Shown: piece after piece, positions 12,240 through 24,622 of the stretch
How positions within the stretch are numbered: position 1 is the stretch's first letter
How the letters are laid out: every line of letters begins with the position of its first letter
DNA from: Octopus bimaculoides
Lineage: Eukaryota
Reading direction: 5' to 3'
Assembly: GCF_001194135.2 (NCBI RefSeq)
Contig: NC_068982.1
Location: 4,807,483-4,871,482 of the forward strand
DNA length: 64,000 bases
Position numbers and translations under genes: made by a program
Notes under the pieces: model-generated
What the model saw: only the letters and a program-made list of their open reading frames with translations
The model's database searches: none
What the model was told of the DNA's origin: nothing

Positions 12240-13160
12240 TGTGTGGTGCTGTTTGTAACCCCACTAAAATTTTTGTTAAGAGAAAGTTACTTGAGGTTAT
12301 CGATTCGTTCGTCTACGATTCGTTCGTCTACCTGCTCTGTTCAAGATGATGGAAATCTTCATACAGAAATACAGTTGCGAATTCAAAGGGCAAGAAAAGC
12401 ATTTGGTGGTCGAGTAACGCGTTTGGTGCCAGCGACATATAAATAAGAATACAAAGCTGGCTCTTTGCAAATCATTTGTCTTACCATCCCTGTTGTATTC
12501 CTGTGAAACTTGGACTTGTTATGAAAGGTATTTTAAATTGTTAGAACAACTCCACCAAAAATGCCTTCATCACATTTAAAAAATTAAATGGAGTTCTTTT
12601 ACTCCAAACACAGATATCCTTGCATCTACAGGCATCACCTCAATTAATGCTATGATTTTGAGGAACCAATTGAGATGGTGTGGCCATATTGTTCGAATGG
12701 GAGATGAACGTATGCCGAAACAGCTGTTTTGTTGAGCTTGCAGAGGGGAAACGCTATCGGAGTAAACCTAAAGAAAGGCTTAAGAACGGCATAAGGACTA
12801 TTATGAATTCACTTGGAATGGTTCTAGAAGATATAGAAACCCTTGTTTCGGATCGAGTTGGATGGCGAACAAAGGGATGGAGTAGAGTGAAAGCATTTGA
12901 AGAGGCCAGGATAGCGCAAGTAAGACTCAAAAGAGCTCTCAGGAAGAATGTAACGATCGAGAAGGTGAATGACAATGACCTTTTTGTGTGTACAGTCTGT
13001 GATAGACCATGCCCGTCTTTTGCTGGCCTCAAATCTCATCTGCGAACGCATGGAAAACGAACTTCTACCAACTATTTTGTCTATATGCCTGTGCATACCT
13101 TTGAATGCAGTGTATACCAGAAGGTCTGCAAATCCAACGGAGACCGCAAAAGACAATAGG
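12240..13160 (+). mobile_element. RTE-clade LINE 3' remnant with C-terminal C2H2 zinc-finger motifs
   Basis: DGNLHTEIQLRIQRARKAFG..VLPSLLYSCETWTCY..NQLRWCGHIVRMGDERMPKQLF..ELAEGKR..CTVCDRPCPSFAGLKSHLRTH; frameshifted. Confidence 0.8.
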
Positions 13161-14204
13161 TGAGAGGCTTTAAAAAAATGTACTGATGACGATTTGTTCG
13201 ACTAAAATTCCCCAAGGCGGTGCCCCAGCATGACAACAGTCTGTTGACAGCAGCAAGTAAGAAATTGTGTGTGGGGGGCGGGGGGATGGACGGTGAGCAT
13301 TCAGTTACGATGTAACTGAGATAATGTCTTTTAAGACGATTGAAACAAAAATGTCAAATTTCGTGAAGACAGAACTTTGAAATAATCAGTTGAATAAAGG
13401 AATCTAGTCTTCTAAGCTGACGCCCCCAGTTTTGTTGCTTCTGTATAACTGTCGTATTGGGATGAACACAAGATGGGGAAATGCATTTGAATCGTGAAAA
13501 GATAGTTAAATTTGCTAGGAGTGTCGTCATGGGAACTATCAGCAACAGCTATTCATGGGAAACAACTCTCAATGCCTACTATCATTATTTTAGAGTTCTC
13601 TCCCTTGAACTTTGTGCTTATGCTTTCCAACGCTTGATAATTCTTTACACTTCTAGGCACATATCCCGAAATTTTTTTTTGGGGGGGGGGAGTGGACCAG
13701 TCGATTAGATCGACCTTAGTACGCAACTGATACTTAATTTATCGATNNNNNNNNNNNNNNNNNNNNNNNNNNNNNNNNNNNNNNNNNNNNNNNNNNNNNN
13801 NNNNNNNNNNNNNNNNNNNNNNNNNNNNNNNNNNNNNNNNNNNNNNNNNNNNNNNNNNNNNNNNNNNNNNNNNNNNNNNNNNNNNNNNNNNNNNNNNNNN
13901 NNNNNNNNNNNNNNNNNNNNNNNNNNNNNNNNNNNNNNNNNNNNNNNNNNNNNNNNNNNNNNNNNNNNNNNNNNNNNNNNNNNNNNNNNNNNNNNNNNNN
14001 NNNNNNNNNNNNNNNNNNNNNNNNNNNNNNNNNNNNNNNNNNNNNNNNNNNNNNNNNNNNNNNNNNNNNNNNNNNNNNNNNNNNNNNNNNNNNNNNNNNN
14101 NNNNNNNNNNNNNNNNNNNNNNNNNNNNNNNNNNNNNNNNNNNNNNNNNNNNNNNNNNNNNNNNNNNNNNNNNNNNNNNNNNNNNNNNNNNNNNNNNNNN
14201 NNNT

Positions 14205-14550
14205 ACCAGTTACACACTGGGGTTGATATAATCGACTTAATCCATTTGTCTGTCCTTGTTTGTCTCCTCTATGTTTAGCCCCTTGTGGGCAATAAAGAAA
14301 TATTAGCATGCCGAGTCAAATGCTTAGCTGTATTTCGTCTGTCTTTACGTCCTGAGTTCAAATTCTGCCGAGGTCGACTTTGCTTTTCATTCTTTCGAGG
14401 TCGATAAATTAAGTACCAGTTGTGTACTGAGGTCAATCAAACCGACTGGCCCTCCCCCAAAATTTCGGGCCTTGTGCCTAGAGTAGAAAAGGATAAAATA
14501 AGTACCAGTTAAGCTCCAGGGTCGATGTAATTTACTTCCCCATCCTTCAA
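14205..14550 (+). mobile_element. Cluster of family A tRNA-derived SINE copies and fragments
   Basis: B-box GAGTTCAAATTC, then central GAGGTCGACTTTGCTTTTCATTCTTTCGAGGTCGATAAATTAAGTACCAG and tail GGCCTTGTGCC. Confidence 0.8.
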
Positions 14551-14984
14551 ATTTATATATGATTAGACAATGGTGAGATAACGATAAACCTTATCCCAGG
14601 GTACGTCCAAAAGATATTTCGTCTCATTTTTGGTAGCATTCTTTTGTAAATGAAAAGAAAACAAACAAAATTTGTATGAGAATCATATTTATTTTACTTT
14701 ATTTTTAATCACTGATATAATTTTAAGGTACTGTATTATGTTGTAGTTTTTCATTCTTTTCTGATTGAGAGACATCGGTCTGTCTAAATTTGATCTGGGA
14801 ATAGGATAATCTTACTTGTTTAATCTTCATACCACTCAACTATTTAAGAAGGTTGTAATTCTGTATAAGAATTATCTGCTGCAGATAACTCTCTGATGCC
14901 AGCAACCAGGACCATCTTAACAGTATTACAAAGACCCAGAGAAATCAAAGCCTTGATCCCTATAATGTAGAGATCAGAAGTGTG

Positions 14985-15200
14985 TGTGTCATCTCTTTGT
15001 GTCAAAGTTTGTCCCCTACCACTGCTTGATGACAGGTGTTGGTGTGTTTATGTCCTTGTAACTTAGTGGTTCAGCAAAACAGACTGATGGAATAAGTACC
15101 GGATTTAAAAACTTATAATTACTGGGACTGATTTATTGAATTAAAAATTCATCAAGGCAGTGCTCCAGCATGGCTGTGGTCAAATGACAAACAAGTAACA
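14985..15200 (+). mobile_element. 3' part of family B/C SINE
   Basis: Reverse complement of the segment seen at 41445-41625 and 62095-62285 (..GGCAGTGCTCCAGCATGGC..). Confidence 0.65.
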
Positions 15201-15794
15201 GTGGTCACATGACAACAGTCTAATACGACATTTGGCTAGTTTACCATTTTCTTACTCAATTCTGTGACAGACCTAAGGAGGTTGTTCCATTATGGATTAA
15301 TGTATTTGACACACACACAATGCAAATACAGAAATGTGTTCTGACTCTGCAAACTTCTGCTTTCAAGGTTGGCAGCCAATCAACTCGGCTGCCCATAAAC
15401 TTGACATTTCTGTATTGATTTTTGGAATTCAACAGAAAAATATAAAAATATATTATTGTCTGGAGTTTATAAAAAAATTCAGGTGAGAGTTTGATGTTTA
15501 TTTTGAACTGTTGGGAAGACTTGGCTGTGTGAGACCTCACATTTGAGAACAATGTTTTCAGGAAATACTTTTGGTTTACAAAGAATTATGATTTTGTCTG
15601 GAAGAAGCAATGTATGAACATATCTTTTAGTTGTCTCAGTCACTAGAATACAGCCATGCTGGAGCACTGCCTTAAGGAATTTTAGTTCAATGAACAGTCC
15701 CAATTTCTTTTTAAGGTTTGTACTTTTTCAAACCCTTTTGCCATTCGGACACAAACACACCAACAGCGGTTGTGAAATGGTGGTGGTGAACAAA

Positions 15795-15830
<36 letters not shown>

Positions 15831-15877
15831 TCATGCATGCACACACATATTCATGCATGCACACACAATGTGTGTGA

Positions 15878-16209
15878 AGGTGCATACCTCAGTGGTTGGA
15901 GTGTCAGGCTCGCAATCATGTGGTGAGTTCGATTCCCAGACCGGGCTGTGTGTTGTGTTCTTGAGCATGACACTATTTCACATTGTTCCAATTCACTCAG
16001 CTGTAGAAACAAGTTGTGATGTCACTGGTACCAAGTTGTGTCGGCCTCTGCTTTTCCCTCGGATAAACATCAGTGGTGTGGAGACAGGAAGATGGCATGC
16101 ATAAGCAACTGCTGGTCTTTCATAAACAACATTGCCTGGACTTGTGCTTTGGAGGATAACTTTCCAGTTGCAATTGCATGGTCATTCATGACCAAAGGGG
16201 GTCTTTACC

Positions 16210-16215
<6 letters not shown>
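15878..16215 (+). mobile_element. tRNA-headed CORE-like SINE
   Basis: CCTCAGTGGTTGGAGTGTCAGGCTCGC..GAGTTCGATTCCC (A/B boxes), then GTGTTCTTGAGCATGACACT..CACTCAGCTG; ends in (TA)n. Confidence 0.6.
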
Positions 16216-16245
<30 letters not shown>

Positions 16246-16605
16246 GATGTAAGTCAGGAAAAACAGCACTCGTATATCTACCTATAGAGTTGCCATATTT
16301 CATTCCATAATAGCTAGCTCTGATGAGCACAGGGTTACGTAATCAGACTGTTACCTAACACTCCAGTGAATCACTGTTGCAAAACCAATTGGTAAGATCA
16401 GCTGTAATGGATATATAATACTCTTCACTTCGATTAACATATATATATATATATATATGCACACACGTATGTATATTCATCAAAGTATTATATATTCATT
16501 ACAACCAATTAATATACCTCAATTAATACACCCACTCTACTGACAGATATACGAGTGCATTTTTTCCTGACTTGTGAATTCTTCGTGTGTGTGTGTATGT
16601 GTGTA

Positions 16606-16650
<45 letters not shown>

Positions 16651-17583
16651 TTATTGATTGTGTGGAATTAAGTCTTTTGAAGAGATGGAAGGAAATACTT
16701 CCACTTTAACAACTTCCTTTGATTTTCTTCAAAGAATATGCATCCAAAGATAACCTTCCCAACATTGCCTTCTCTTTCAGGTTATGTAAAAATGACTGGG
16801 GGCAGCCTCCCCTTCTTTACCACATAACATCCCAGAACTCTTATGTTTATTCAAAAGAATATGTTGAAATTTAATCCAATTCTTAAAACAGCCCTTGAAG
16901 TGTTTCACAAAACACAGGACAAAACATTTGAAGTAGCACAGTTTATTGCCATTCCATTGCAGTGATGTTTTCCATCATGGAAAGATTTTAATGACAGTTT
17001 GACATGATTTCCATTCAGTCAGAACAGACCTACATTTTCACAACTGGTTGGCAGTCATTGCACCAAAATTCAAAGGTTTTTCTTGAAAAATCAACATATA
17101 AAACACATTGGATTTATTCAAATAACAAGACCAAACCAGCATATATAATTGGAATCCCGTATTTCAGCCAATCAAAATGGCTACTCTTAGCATGTCAGGC
17201 CATTTTGAACTTTATTTCTAATACTTCCACAGAACAGAAAAATCCAGTTTTTCCCTTGACTCACAGAGTTTATTGTTGTACAGTATCACAAGATATTCTC
17301 TCGTCCATTCTTACATTCGCACTTTATCATTCTCACTCATTCAACAAACTATTAGGGAATGAAAATCGTGCACTCATTCATATTTGTTATCATCACCACA
17401 GACTGCAAAATAACGCATTCCTATGCATACATTTGTCACTAACATACACACACACAGGCACACCAACATGCATGCACACCAGCACGCATGCGCACTCACA
17501 CATTTGCACACACACATTCACGCATTCGCGCGCTCGCGCACACACGCCAATCTGTGCAATTAAACTTTGTGTACTGTTTAAAC

Positions 17584-17645
17584 CAGGGATGGGGAACCTG
17601 TGGCCTTAAGGCCGCAATGTGGCCTTCTGCAGCCCTTGATGTAAA
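17584..17645 (+). mobile_element. hAT-like terminal repeat fragment
   Basis: CAGGGATGGGGAACCTGTGGCC resembles hAT/Charlie-type ends; no partner end found. Confidence 0.4.
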
Positions 17646-17709
17646 TGTTAATATATATTTTTTAAGACCTTGATTCTTTTTGTCTATAGTTTTTATGCTT
17701 AAATTTACA

Positions 17710-17763
<54 letters not shown>

Positions 17764-18534
17764 GAGATGGGAAATAACTGTGTTCAGTGATGTCACTTCC
17801 AGAAAAAATTTCATTGAAATCTGTTTGATGCAGACAGCATACGTGTTAAGAACACGTTTCATTCTTTGATGCAGATCATACACAAATCACAATTTGTATC
17901 CAGTATTAGTTTTATACCCTTATAAATTGTCAGTTTAAATGGACAATCGGCATAAATGGGTTGACTTAACCCCCCACCGCTCCCCCGAAATTGCAGGCCT
18001 TGTGCCGAAATTTGAAACCAATATTAACTACTGTTTGGCAAACGTCCATGCCCAGCATTTTTGAGAAGGAAAACGTAGTGATTACATTCTTAAAACACTG
18101 AGTAAAGAAAGTGTTTTCCTTTGAGTGTTGCGCTCCTGTGCAAACCAGTGATTCAGATTTCCTTAAATTGCCTAATTAAGAGGTTTCACTCCTACTTCAC
18201 AGCTGAAGTGTTTCATGTGGAATGGTGAAACGAGCAGGAAAAACAATCCCAGACACGAAAATGTGTAATTAAATAATCTAGCTGACATTTGATATCATTT
18301 GACACATGAAAAGCATGTTATCCACTTAATTTGCTGAAGGGAAACCAGCAGTGCAACAGCAATACTAATTACTCTAATTTTTTCTTTCTTTTGTTTTGAC
18401 AAGGTGTGAGAGATTTACCTTGAAATAGTTCTTCTTTATCTGGTAATAATCTCAAACATATTTCTTAACAAAAGCAGAAGTGGATTGTCAGGATTATACT
18501 GCCATACCTTGACACCTTTAAATATGGGGTATGG

Positions 18535-18860
18535 AGAAATGTGACTTAGTGGTTAGTGTTTTCAGCTCTCTGTTGTAAGATCATGGACTGGATTTCCAGT
18601 GGCACATTGCGTCCTTAAGCAAGACACTTTATTTCATGTTGCTCCAGTTCACTCAGCTGGCTAAAATGAGTAATACTTGTAATTCAAAAAGGAGCAAGTC
18701 TTGTCACATCCTGTATTATCATGCATCTCCCTGAGATCTACATTAAGGGTACACGTGTCTGTGGAGTGCTCAGCCACTTGCACATTAATTTCATAAGCTG
18801 GTTGTTCCATTGATCGGGTCAACTGGAGCCCTTATCATCAGAATCAAACAGTGCCATTTT
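18535..18860 (+). mobile_element. Decayed tRNA-headed CORE-like SINE related to 15878-16215
   Basis: GTGACTTAGTGGTTAGTG..GCGTCCTTAAGCAAGACACTTTATTTCATGTTGCTCCAGTTCACTCAGCTG. Confidence 0.5.
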
Positions 18861-19184
18861 ATATTTGCTGCAGATCTCCTCTAAAAGAGTGGTCCATTTA
18901 GTTTTGGCCGATTCCCAATTTTCAGTCAGAACAGAAGCTGGGAAAATCAAAGTAGTTTATTTTTTTGCAAACCATTTTGGCATTATTTTCCTATGGATGT
19001 GTTCCTACTTTTTGCTTTCTAACCATCTTCAGTATTTCAAAATTTCATTTTCAATATTTGTCAGTCATNNNNNNNNNNCCATAAAATAAATACCAGTTGA
19101 GTGCTGGGGCCAATGTAGTCGACTTACTCCTTCCCCCAAAATTGCTGGCCTTGTGGCAAACTTTGAAATTAGCTGCTGGACTGG

Positions 19185-19446
19185 CTCCTGTTCAGCCGGC
19201 ATGTAAAAAAAACACCATTTGAGCATGGTCGTTGCCAGTACCGCCTGACTGGCCCTCGTGCCAGTGGCATGTAAAAAGCACCTGCTACACTCTCAGAATA
19301 GTTGGCATTAGGAGGGGCATTCAGAAGTAGAAACTTTGCCAGATCAGATTGGAGCCTGGTGCAGCCGTCTGGCTTGCCAGTCCTCAGTCAAACTGTCCAA
19401 CCCATGCCAGCATGAAAAACGGGCGTTAAACAACAATGATGATGAT
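19185..19446 (+). mobile_element. Family D interspersed repeat (SINE or LINE-tail type) with (GAT)n tail
   Basis: GTTGGCATTAGGAGGGGCATTC..CCAACCCATGCCAGCATG..CGTTAAACAACAATGATGATGAT; multi-copy in window. Confidence 0.75.
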
Positions 19447-20424
19447 TTCTCAGTCATTTATACAAGCAGACTTGAACTCATTAAAACTAAAACATAGCAG
19501 GGATGAGATAAGTTCATCCAAACATATTCTCAGAATTAAATATAACAAACAAGTTTATATGCCTTAGTTCCTTAGATTTAATCACACGGAATACAGTTGA
19601 AATACTTTTACAGTTAATTCAGCCAAAAATTGGCATAATTTTCGCATAAAAAGCCTAAGATAAATTCTTTGAAATATGTGATTATTATTCCAGTGGGAAA
19701 GAGAAAAATATTTGCAATGGTAGTACCAAAAAAACCTGAATGAATAAATTTTCTAAACTCAGAATTATAGCAGTTCTTTTGTATTGCTTTCTGACAAAAG
19801 ATCATTAATCATAGACAGGTAGATGAAGTGACAACACAACAGGTAAGAATTAAAGAGATTAAATGAACGTAAATGTGGAGTTAATCATAAAAAGAAGACA
19901 ATAATAAGGTTTCATTAATGTTAGGAAGAAGTGAAGAACATGGACGAAAGAAGAAAACAATGTTTAATAGAAAGGTACTAATGACCATACCCACTACCAT
20001 CATCATCATCGTTGTATTCCTAATCATCATCGTTATTCTCATTACTACCAGCATCACCATTCTGCTCTTCATCTCCATTCAAATCCAGTTCAAAATACAA
20101 TATTTAGATTTATGTGATACTTTTGCAAATAATCATTGATTAAGCAGGAAATATCAACTACGATAAATAGGAAAGGATTCCTTAGAGGGCTGAAACCAAA
20201 TTAAATGAATTACTGGAGCATGAGATCTTGCAGTCATGCAGCATCCGTGGAATTGGTAAACATTGAACTTTTAAGTAAATACAGGTTAACGGGCAAATGA
20301 AATGGGAATCATATATCTTAATAACTTTCTCTTTCTCATTGTCTCTTCACTTCTCTCATTCTCTTTCTTTCTCTCTCATACATACACCCACACATGCACA
20401 TATATATATATATATATATATATG

Positions 20425-20495
<71 letters not shown>

Positions 20496-21581
20496 TCTGT
20501 GTGTATATATATGTTTGTGAGGGTGTATGTGTTCAACACATATATAAGCAAACATATATATATATATGTACACATACATATATATATTTGTATATGTATA
20601 CATACATAATATATTTGTATATATACACATATATACATAATATATATATGTGTGTATGTGTATATTACACTTATATAAATGGAGGTGTATACACACACAC
20701 ACACACAGCCTTAAGCTCATATGTGAAGTTATGTATGTAGACTTACACGTGTAATGATTTCCTTAGTGGCAGACATCTTAGATAAAAGACAACCTTTCAG
20801 AGAAAGCAAATAAAACGACACACTTCTCATTTCCAGTTGAAATGCTGCATCATCTCAGTTCGTTTCTGTCACCAGCAACTCTTGAGTAACAAACTTGCTT
20901 TGCCAAAATTACTTTTTCTATTCTCTCAAACATATATGGGACTGTGAGCTTAATGAAAAGTAGCCAAATGTGTTGATTCCAGGTAATTAAACATAAAACT
21001 AATACTGAGCAGAGTTGGTGTGTGAATGAACTCTGTTACTGGCACTTTTTTTTTTTAACAATTCTGAAGAGAGAAGAGTCAGCTCCTCAAAGGGATTTTG
21101 AAGTGGGAATCTAGTGGAACAAGACTAAATACTATAAAGAAATTAATCCAGTGTTATAATAATTTCTGCTAATTTGCTGGGATGTGTTATGTGTTTGTAT
21201 CGTTAATATCTATGTATGTATGTTATGTGTGTGTTCTTTAATTTCACTTTTAAATCTAGAATAAACTTCAACCGACCACCTGCTTGGTAGAAAAAGGGTG
21301 TGGAGAAAAGCAGCTGGTTTTGTTCACCATCCTTTAAGTCTTCAGAAGGTTTTTGCAGATTTTTATACTTCCAGTGATCATGAACATTTGTTGCATATGA
21401 ATTAAGGATTGTATGTATGTATATCATGAAAATGTGTATGCATGTAAGTATGTGTATGTATATCTATATATATATATATATACATATGTACATGCATGCA
21501 CGTACATATATGTGTGTGTGTGTGTGTGTGTCTGTACATGTATATAGATAAATAGATAGACATTATATAGATACATTTATT

Positions 21582-21612
<31 letters not shown>

Positions 21613-21615
<3 letters not shown>

Positions 21616-21876
21616 AGAGCTGCCTTGACTGGCTTCCGTGCTGGTGGCATGTAAAAAGCACCAACCAATTGTGGCTGTTGCCAGCCTCATCTGGCCCCTA
21701 TGCTAGTGGCACATAAAAAGCACCCACTACACTCACTGAGTGGTTGGCGTTAGGAAGGGCATCCAGCTGTAGAAACTCTGCCAGATCAGACTGGAGCCTG
21801 GTGTAGCCTTCCGGCTTCCCAGACTCCAGTTGAACCATCTGACCCATGCTAGCATGGAAAATAGATGTTAAACGAT
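21613..21876 (+). mobile_element. Family D interspersed repeat
   Basis: GGTTGGCGTTAGGAAGGGCATCCAGCTGTAGAAAC..GTTAAACGATGAT. Confidence 0.8.
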
Positions 21877-21889
21877 GATTATATATATC

Positions 21890-21935
<46 letters not shown>

Positions 21936-22029
21936 AAAAATAAAAGTGTATGTATATATATTTACATGTAAATATATGTATATACACTCACACATGTACA
22001 TGCTCACAGATATATGTAGGTATCTATAC

Positions 22030-22076
<47 letters not shown>

Positions 22077-22509
22077 CATACATATATGTGCATGTGCGTA
22101 CACATGTTTATGTATACATATATATACACACACATATATACATGTGTGTGCACGCGTGCACACACACACAGCTGACCTTTAATTAAAGGCATTCTATGTT
22201 TCTGTATATGAGGATATGACTTGAGCGACATCCAACAGCTACATCTATTTTCCCCTCGTTGGATCCTTAGAATATATTATCAACATATGCAGGTTTTTCA
22301 TATTTGTTTGCAGCATTGATTGTTTTAAATATTGATTTATGACTTCAGTGAATAAGGAATTCTGAGATGCATTGTTCCTATCTCAAATAAGGACATTAAG
22401 TGACTAAGCAAAAGAGTTGCAACTAGATGTCAAAACCACATGGCACATTCTATATAATGAATTTATTCATTCCTACTCCTCCATAGTATTTGTGTGTGTT
22501 GTTGATACT

Positions 22510-22860
22510 GCTATTTAAGTAGATATGCAGTGATATACATCTGGAAAATCTTGAAAAGACTTGCACTAAAATTTGGCATTGAAAGTTACACAAAAAGCAG
22601 CACAGGGTGCCACTGTGTAGTACTAAAGATCCCCACATCACTATCAAGATACATGACTAGATACTGTAACAGCTTGGGTTTCAGGGGCCCACAGCTTTTC
22701 AACATCGTCCCAAAAAGCCTGAGAGACCTACATGGAGTGGATATGGGTGTCTTCAAAACAAAATTGGATCTCCTCTAGTCAAGAGTTCCAGATGAACTCA
22801 CCTTGTGGCAGGAAACAGAGATGAGGGCAGCAATGTCAAACTCCATCATTCACCAGATGC
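22510..22860 (+). mobile_element. CR1-group-like LINE 3' remnant
   Basis: RYAVIYIWKIL..FGIESYT..RYCNSLGFRGPQLFNIVPKSLRDLHGVDMGVFKTKLDL..RVPDE, typical of the CR1-group C-terminus. Confidence 0.6.
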
Positions 22861-23124
22861 ACATATCAGAGGAGGTTTCAAGTAGTGAAGGTATAGCAAA
22901 GCTAACATTTGTGCTCCAGCATGGTTGCATCCCTTGAGCCTAGTTAAATGGTTGAATATTGAAGATTTCTTTCTTGTCACAAAGTCTCTCTTCTACAATA
23001 AACATTTATTTGTTTTTCATTTACATGAAAATTGATATCTTATTTCATAGCACTGCATTACAATTTAAGAAACGACCATGTAATAACTTTTACAAGTTAA
23101 AATTCACTATTATCAACTAGCAAA

Positions 23125-23420
23125 CTTGTGATATCTTCAACAGGTCAGTATGTGATATTTTCAATGAACCAACACTCAATCAATATCTACAACAGACCTG
23201 CATTTGATATCAGTGATTTAGCATTTAATTTCTTTAACTAGTCAACACGCAATATCTCAACAGGTCAACATATCTTCTACTGGTTAATATTCGATATCTT
23301 TAACAGATTCACATGTGATATCTTCAACATGTCAGCATTTGATATATTTGAATGGCTAGCATTCAATTTCTTGAACAGGTCAAGATTTGATATCTACATG
23401 GGATATCTTAAACAGGCCAA
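23125..23420 (+). repeat. Degenerate minisatellite, unit about 22 bp (ATGTGATATCTTCAACAGGTCA-like)
   Basis: GATATCTT..AACAGGTCA motif recurs about ten times at roughly regular spacing. Confidence 0.6.
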
Positions 23421-23600
23421 AGTTCCTTAATTGAAAGGTTTGATATCTTCCCTTCCTCTTCCAGTGGGACAAGGATATCAAGGGCCATTTACATCAGTCT
23501 CAATCCACTGTCTGGTTTGATTGCCAAACAGTGGAGGCCAAAGTAGGAGACACTTAGACATGGTGCCATGCAGTGAGACTGAAACCTGAATCATGTGACA

Positions 23601-24007
23601 CAGTTCTATATTTAAGAGATGAGGAATTGTGTCCATTATTTACATTATTTACATTTGGCAGATATTTGTCCTCATTTTGTTTGTTGTTAACACAACGTTT
23701 TGGCTGATATACTCTCCAGCCTTCATCAGGTGTCTTGGGGAAATTTTGAACCTGGGTTCTCATTCCTAAGGTATTCTTCAATGGCATAGTGGTTAAGAGC
23801 GTGGGCTACTAACCCCAAGATTCCACGTTTGATTCCAGGCAGTGACCTGAATAATAATAAGATCGAAAAATACCTTAGGAATGAGAACCCAGGTTCGAAA
23901 TTTCCCCAAGACACCTGATGAAGGCTGGAGGTTATATCAGCTGAAACGTTGTGTTAACAACAAACAAGATGAGGACAAATATCCATCAAATGTAAATAAT
24001 GTAAATA
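23601..24007. mobile_element. Palindromic Penelope-type non-autonomous element: about 140-bp inverted arms around a tRNA-like head
   Basis: 23637-23775 is the reverse complement of 23869-24007; the centre has A-box TGGCATAGTGG (23782) and B-box-like GTTTGATTCC (23827); related copies near 39440, 57329 and 60750. Confidence 0.75.
23910..23955 (+). ncRNA. Minimal type I hammerhead ribozyme motif
   Basis: GACAC-CTGATGA-A-GGCTG-gaggttatat-CAGCT-GAAAC-GTT-GTGTT: stem I GACAC/GTGTT, core CUGAUGA..GAAA, 5-bp stem II, palindromic ACGU in place of stem III, cleavage triplet GUU. Confidence 0.7.
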
Positions 24008-24562
24008 ACTGACTCATGTGGTTAGGAAGCAAGCTTCTTACCACACAACCAGACCTGTGCCTCTTGAATGATTAAATCAATAAATATTGCAAATAGTTAC
24101 ACAAACCAGAACTTATTTACACCCGCACACACACATTTGTTTCCCAACATATTGGTTTTCAGCTTTGATATACGGTCACAATTTTTTTTTTTTTTTTGCT
24201 TCCTATTCCTATTGGCACTTAATTTCACCAACCCAATTTATTGGTTTGGTGAAATAATGTATTTTTAGAACATGAGTAAATGTAATTGAATAACACAAGG
24301 TATTTTGTTTGATGCTCTACAAGTTCTAACAGTCCCCTATAATCTATGGAAGTTAGATAAACAGATAAATGGAATACAATGTGAAAGAATAAATATCGAG
24401 GCTAAATCATATTTTGTCTTTCCGATAAGCTAAATGATAATCTGTGTCTTGATTTAATATATTGATATTAAATATAAATCATATATTGTTATAATTAAAG
24501 GTACTGATAAACAGCGCCTACATGCTAGAAACGGACGTCAAAAGACTCTAAAAAAAGTACTT

Positions 24563-24622
24563 CAAATTACTCTCAATTAGCAAATTACTCTCAATTAGCA
24601 CAAATTACTCTCAATTAGCACA
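24563..24622 (+). repeat. Three tandem copies of CAAATTACTCTCAATTAG(CA)
   Basis: Directly visible. Confidence 0.9.

Noticed and set aside
16690-17400. ORF 17004-17609 and surrounding coding-like sequence
   Set aside because: No recognisable motif in the frames examined; the ORF length is inflated by a (CA)n tract; possibly a decayed transposon.
23782-23846. tRNA-like sequence as a functional tRNA gene
   Set aside because: No acceptor stem, weak anticodon stem and mutated B-box; it is a repeat head. The same applies to the heads near 15880 and 62490.
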